A stretch of DNA of 64,000 nucleotides from Chloroflexota bacterium (GTDB taxonomy: Bacteria > Chloroflexota > Dehalococcoidia > SM23-28-2 > JACOUE01), in the NCBI GenBank assembly GCA_016178045.1, contig JACOUE010000012.1, forward strand, positions 9,832 to 73,831. Direction: 5' to 3'. The notes beneath the pieces were generated by a model, which saw only the letters and a list, made by a program, of their open reading frames with translations, was not told where the DNA came from and made no database searches. Both the position numbers and the translations under genes were made by a program. Shown piece after piece: positions 61,827 to 64,000 of this stretch (position 1 is its first letter; each line of letters opens with the position of its first letter).

Positions 61827-62624
61827 ATGAAGCTCGGCTGCTCCTCCTGGTCGTACCACCAGCCGATAAAGACGGGACGCCTCACCCAGCTCGACTGGCT
61901 CCGCCTCTGCCGCAACGAGTTGGCCCTGGACGGCGTCGAACTGCTCGACCTCCACTTCCCCACCACCGACACCGCCTACCTCCGCGACCTCAAGCGCCTC
62001 TGCGCCGGCCTCCACCTGACGATTTCGTGCGCCTCCGTCAGCAACGACTTCGGCCTCGCCGCTCCCGAAGCGCGAGAGCAGGAGCTGATCAAGGTCAAGC
62101 GCTCGGTGGACATCGCCTTCTGGCTGGGGGCGCCGGTGCTCCGCGTCTTCGCCGGCTGGCCGCGCCCAGACGGGCGGGCGTCTGCCCGCGGCGACAAGCA
62201 GGCCCTGTGGCCGGAGATGGTCGCCCACCTGCGGGAGGCCGCGGAGTACGGCTTTGAGCGGGGCGTCGTCCTCGGGCTGGAGAACCACGACGGCGGCGGC
62301 TTCGTCGGCACGACCGACGAGGTGGAGCGCTGCCTGGGGGATGTCGGCTCGCCCTGGCTGCGCCTCAACCTCGATACAGGCGACTTCGGCGACGTTGAGT
62401 CCGTCCGCAGGACGGCGCATCACGCCGTGCACGTCCACGCCAAGCTGTACGACCTAGACGAGGCGGGCGTCGAGCGGCGGCTGGACTGGCCCGCCGTTCT
62501 CGATATTTTGCGGGAGGCGGGCTACAGCGGCTTCCTATCGATAGAGTACGAGGGCGAGGAGCCGGCGGAGAGCACCGTCCCCCGTGGCGTACGATACCTG
62601 AGACGGCTGCTGGCGGGAGGGTAG
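61827..62624 (+). CDS. Sugar phosphate isomerase/epimerase (xylose-isomerase-like TIM barrel)
   Basis: MKLGCSSWSY...DGVELL...LRVFAG...LGLENH...LNLDTGDF...HVHAK...SIEYEG. ORF trimmed to the ATG at 61827. Confidence 0.7.
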   Translation: MKLGCSSWSYHQPIKTGRLTQLDWLRLCRNELALDGVELLDLHFPTTDTAYLRDLKRLCAGLHLTISCASVSNDFGLAAPEAREQELIKVKRSVDIAFWLGAPVLRVFAGWPRPDGRASARGDKQALWPEMVAHLREAAEYGFERGVVLGLENHDGGGFVGTTDEVERCLGDVGSPWLRLNLDTGDFGDVESVRRTAHHAVHVHAKLYDLDEAGVERRLDWPAVLDILREAGYSGFLSIEYEGEEPAESTVPRGVRYLRRLLAGG

Positions 62625-62625
62625 C

Positions 62626-63996
62626 CTACTCGGTGCCGGCCGGCGTCGCCCCGCCGGGGCTCTCCTCGCGCACCACCGAGGCTAAAAAGGCGTCGACCTC
62701 GTCGTAGGCGCTGACCTCCTGGATGTGGCCTTTCCCCTCGGCTTCCAGGAACGGCTTGATGACCTCCGGGTCGAACTGGGTGCCGGAGTGCTTGACGATC
62801 TCCTCCACCGCCAGGCGGTGCGAGGTAGGCTTGCGGTAGGGACGGTGCGAGGTCATGGCGTCGTAGGCGTCGACCACGCCGAAGATGCGGGCCCCCAGAG
62901 GGATCTCGTCCCCCTTGAGGCCGCGGGGGTAGCCGCTGCCGTCGTACCGCTCGTGGTGCGAGTACACGATCTCGGCGACGTCCTGGAGGAAGTCGATCCC
63001 CTCGAGCATCTGGTAGCCGAGCTCCGGGTGCCGGCGCATCTCCGCCCACTCGTCGTGGTCGAGGGGGCCCGGCTTGGAGAGGACAGCGTCGGCGACGCCG
63101 ATCTTGCCGATATCGTGGAGGATGGCCGCCTTCTCGATGCGGCGCACCTCCTCCTTGCGCAGGCCCATCTGCCACGCTACCACCGAGGCCAGCGCGGCGA
63201 CCCGGCGGGCGTGGCCGTGGGTAACGTTGTCGCGCAGGTCCAAGGCGGCGCAGAGCACGCTTACGATGGAATCATAGCTGTTCTTCAGCTCCTCAGACCG
63301 CGTCTCCAGGTCCTTCTGCTGGCGGCGGATCAGGTCGGAGCCGCGCTTGACCAGCAAGACCGTGGCCAAGTAGATGGCGGCCAGGGACAGGCCGATGCCG
63401 ATGTAGATGCTGCGCTGGACGTGGCGGACATAGGAGGCTATCGGGCCGTAGTCGCGGTAGATCTCGAAGGCGCCGGCGATCTCCCCCGCGCCGGAGAACC
63501 GTATAGGGGTGTATACCTCCACGATGGCTTCGTACGGCTCCAGCCCCGCGCCCTCGACGCCTTCTTCCACGCCCTCGACCTTCGCCTCGGTCTCGCCGCC
63601 GACTGCGCTCAGGAGGTGCTCGTTGAGGGGGAAGTGCTGGCCGGTCAGGGGCTCGCGGCTGGAATAGACGATCGTCCCGTCCCTGTTCCAGACGTTCACG
63701 CGCACGATTGCCGAACCCAGGAGCGTTTCCCGGACAAACCGGTCAAAGTTTTTCAGGTCTTCGCCCTGCAAGGGCCCGGAAAGCTGCTCCGGATCGAGAG
63801 CCGTGGCTATCTGCCTTGCCGTCACCTGCTCTGTGAAGCCGGCGATGTCGTTGATGGTCTTCGTCCTGATGTCTTCGCCCAGGTAGCGGCTGAGGGCAAA
63901 GCCTGTGCCCAGGCTAAGTATGAGTGCCACGAAGGCAAAGACGAACGTGAACTCCAAGAAGAACGTGCGCCGCCAGCGCCGCGGCGTCGCCGCCAC
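62626..63996 (-). CDS. Membrane sensor protein with intact HD-GYP domain; N-terminus may lie beyond the window
   Basis: Two TM segments bracket a periplasmic-type domain. HGHARRVAAL...ILHDIGKIGV...HHERYDGSGYPRGLKGDEIPLGARIFGVVDAYDAMTSHRPYRK...HSGTQFDPEV. Confidence 0.8.
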   Translation of the reverse strand: MAATPRRWRRTFFLEFTFVFAFVALILSLGTGFALSRYLGEDIRTKTINDIAGFTEQVTARQIATALDPEQLSGPLQGEDLKNFDRFVRETLLGSAIVRVNVWNRDGTIVYSSREPLTGQHFPLNEHLLSAVGGETEAKVEGVEEGVEGAGLEPYEAIVEVYTPIRFSGAGEIAGAFEIYRDYGPIASYVRHVQRSIYIGIGLSLAAIYLATVLLVKRGSDLIRRQQKDLETRSEELKNSYDSIVSVLCAALDLRDNVTHGHARRVAALASVVAWQMGLRKEEVRRIEKAAILHDIGKIGVADAVLSKPGPLDHDEWAEMRRHPELGYQMLEGIDFLQDVAEIVYSHHERYDGSGYPRGLKGDEIPLGARIFGVVDAYDAMTSHRPYRKPTSHRLAVEEIVKHSGTQFDPEVIKPFLEAEGKGHIQEVSAYDEVDAFLASVVREESPGGATPAGTE

Positions 63997-64000
63997 CTCT

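Overview
High-GC (roughly two-thirds G+C by eye) bacterial chromosome segment. Gene content (RNase Y/YmdB next to recA-recX, class II RNRs, characteristic palindromic repeats) suggests a Chloroflexota/Thermomicrobia-like organism; that assignment is inference only. Layout: (1) 1-4.4 kb: priA 5' end, rplS-trmD, two paralogous membrane proteins and a MogA/MoaB gene. (2) 4.4-20.8 kb: a complete dcw cluster, mraZ-rsmH-ftsL-ftsI-murF-mraY-murD-ftsW-murG-murC-murB-ddl-ftsQ-ftsA-ftsZ, with no murE. It has a clear promoter and four 10-bp-phased TGGGG MraZ-type repeats. (3) 23.2-34.6 kb: a ribonucleotide-reductase neighbourhood. It holds NrdR boxes, nrdR, a low-GC two-gene insert, a class II nrdJ carrying two in-frame GTAG-type palindromes, a run of disrupted genes, a second nrdJ paralogue and a YHS gene. 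(4) 34.6-35.3 kb: a low-GC module of a 46-codon very basic ORF plus a PIN nuclease. (5) 36.8-46 kb: yggS-proC, recA, an interrupted methyltransferase, a duplicated recX 5' fragment flanking a low-GC 2-gene insert, then recX, rny, ymdB and a PHP gene. (6) 46.98 kb: tRNA-Asp. (7) 47-64 kb: metabolic and sugar-modification genes and an HD-GYP sensor. Several short palindromic repeat families (GTAG-ended REP/REPIN-like and others) occupy intergenic gaps. I saw no CRISPR array, rRNA, transposase or complete known defence system. The best second-look items are the nrdR-nrdJ insert, the in-frame palindromes in nrdJ, the basic-peptide/PIN pair, the recX duplication and the cluster of broken genes. All coordinates and counts are hand-derived.
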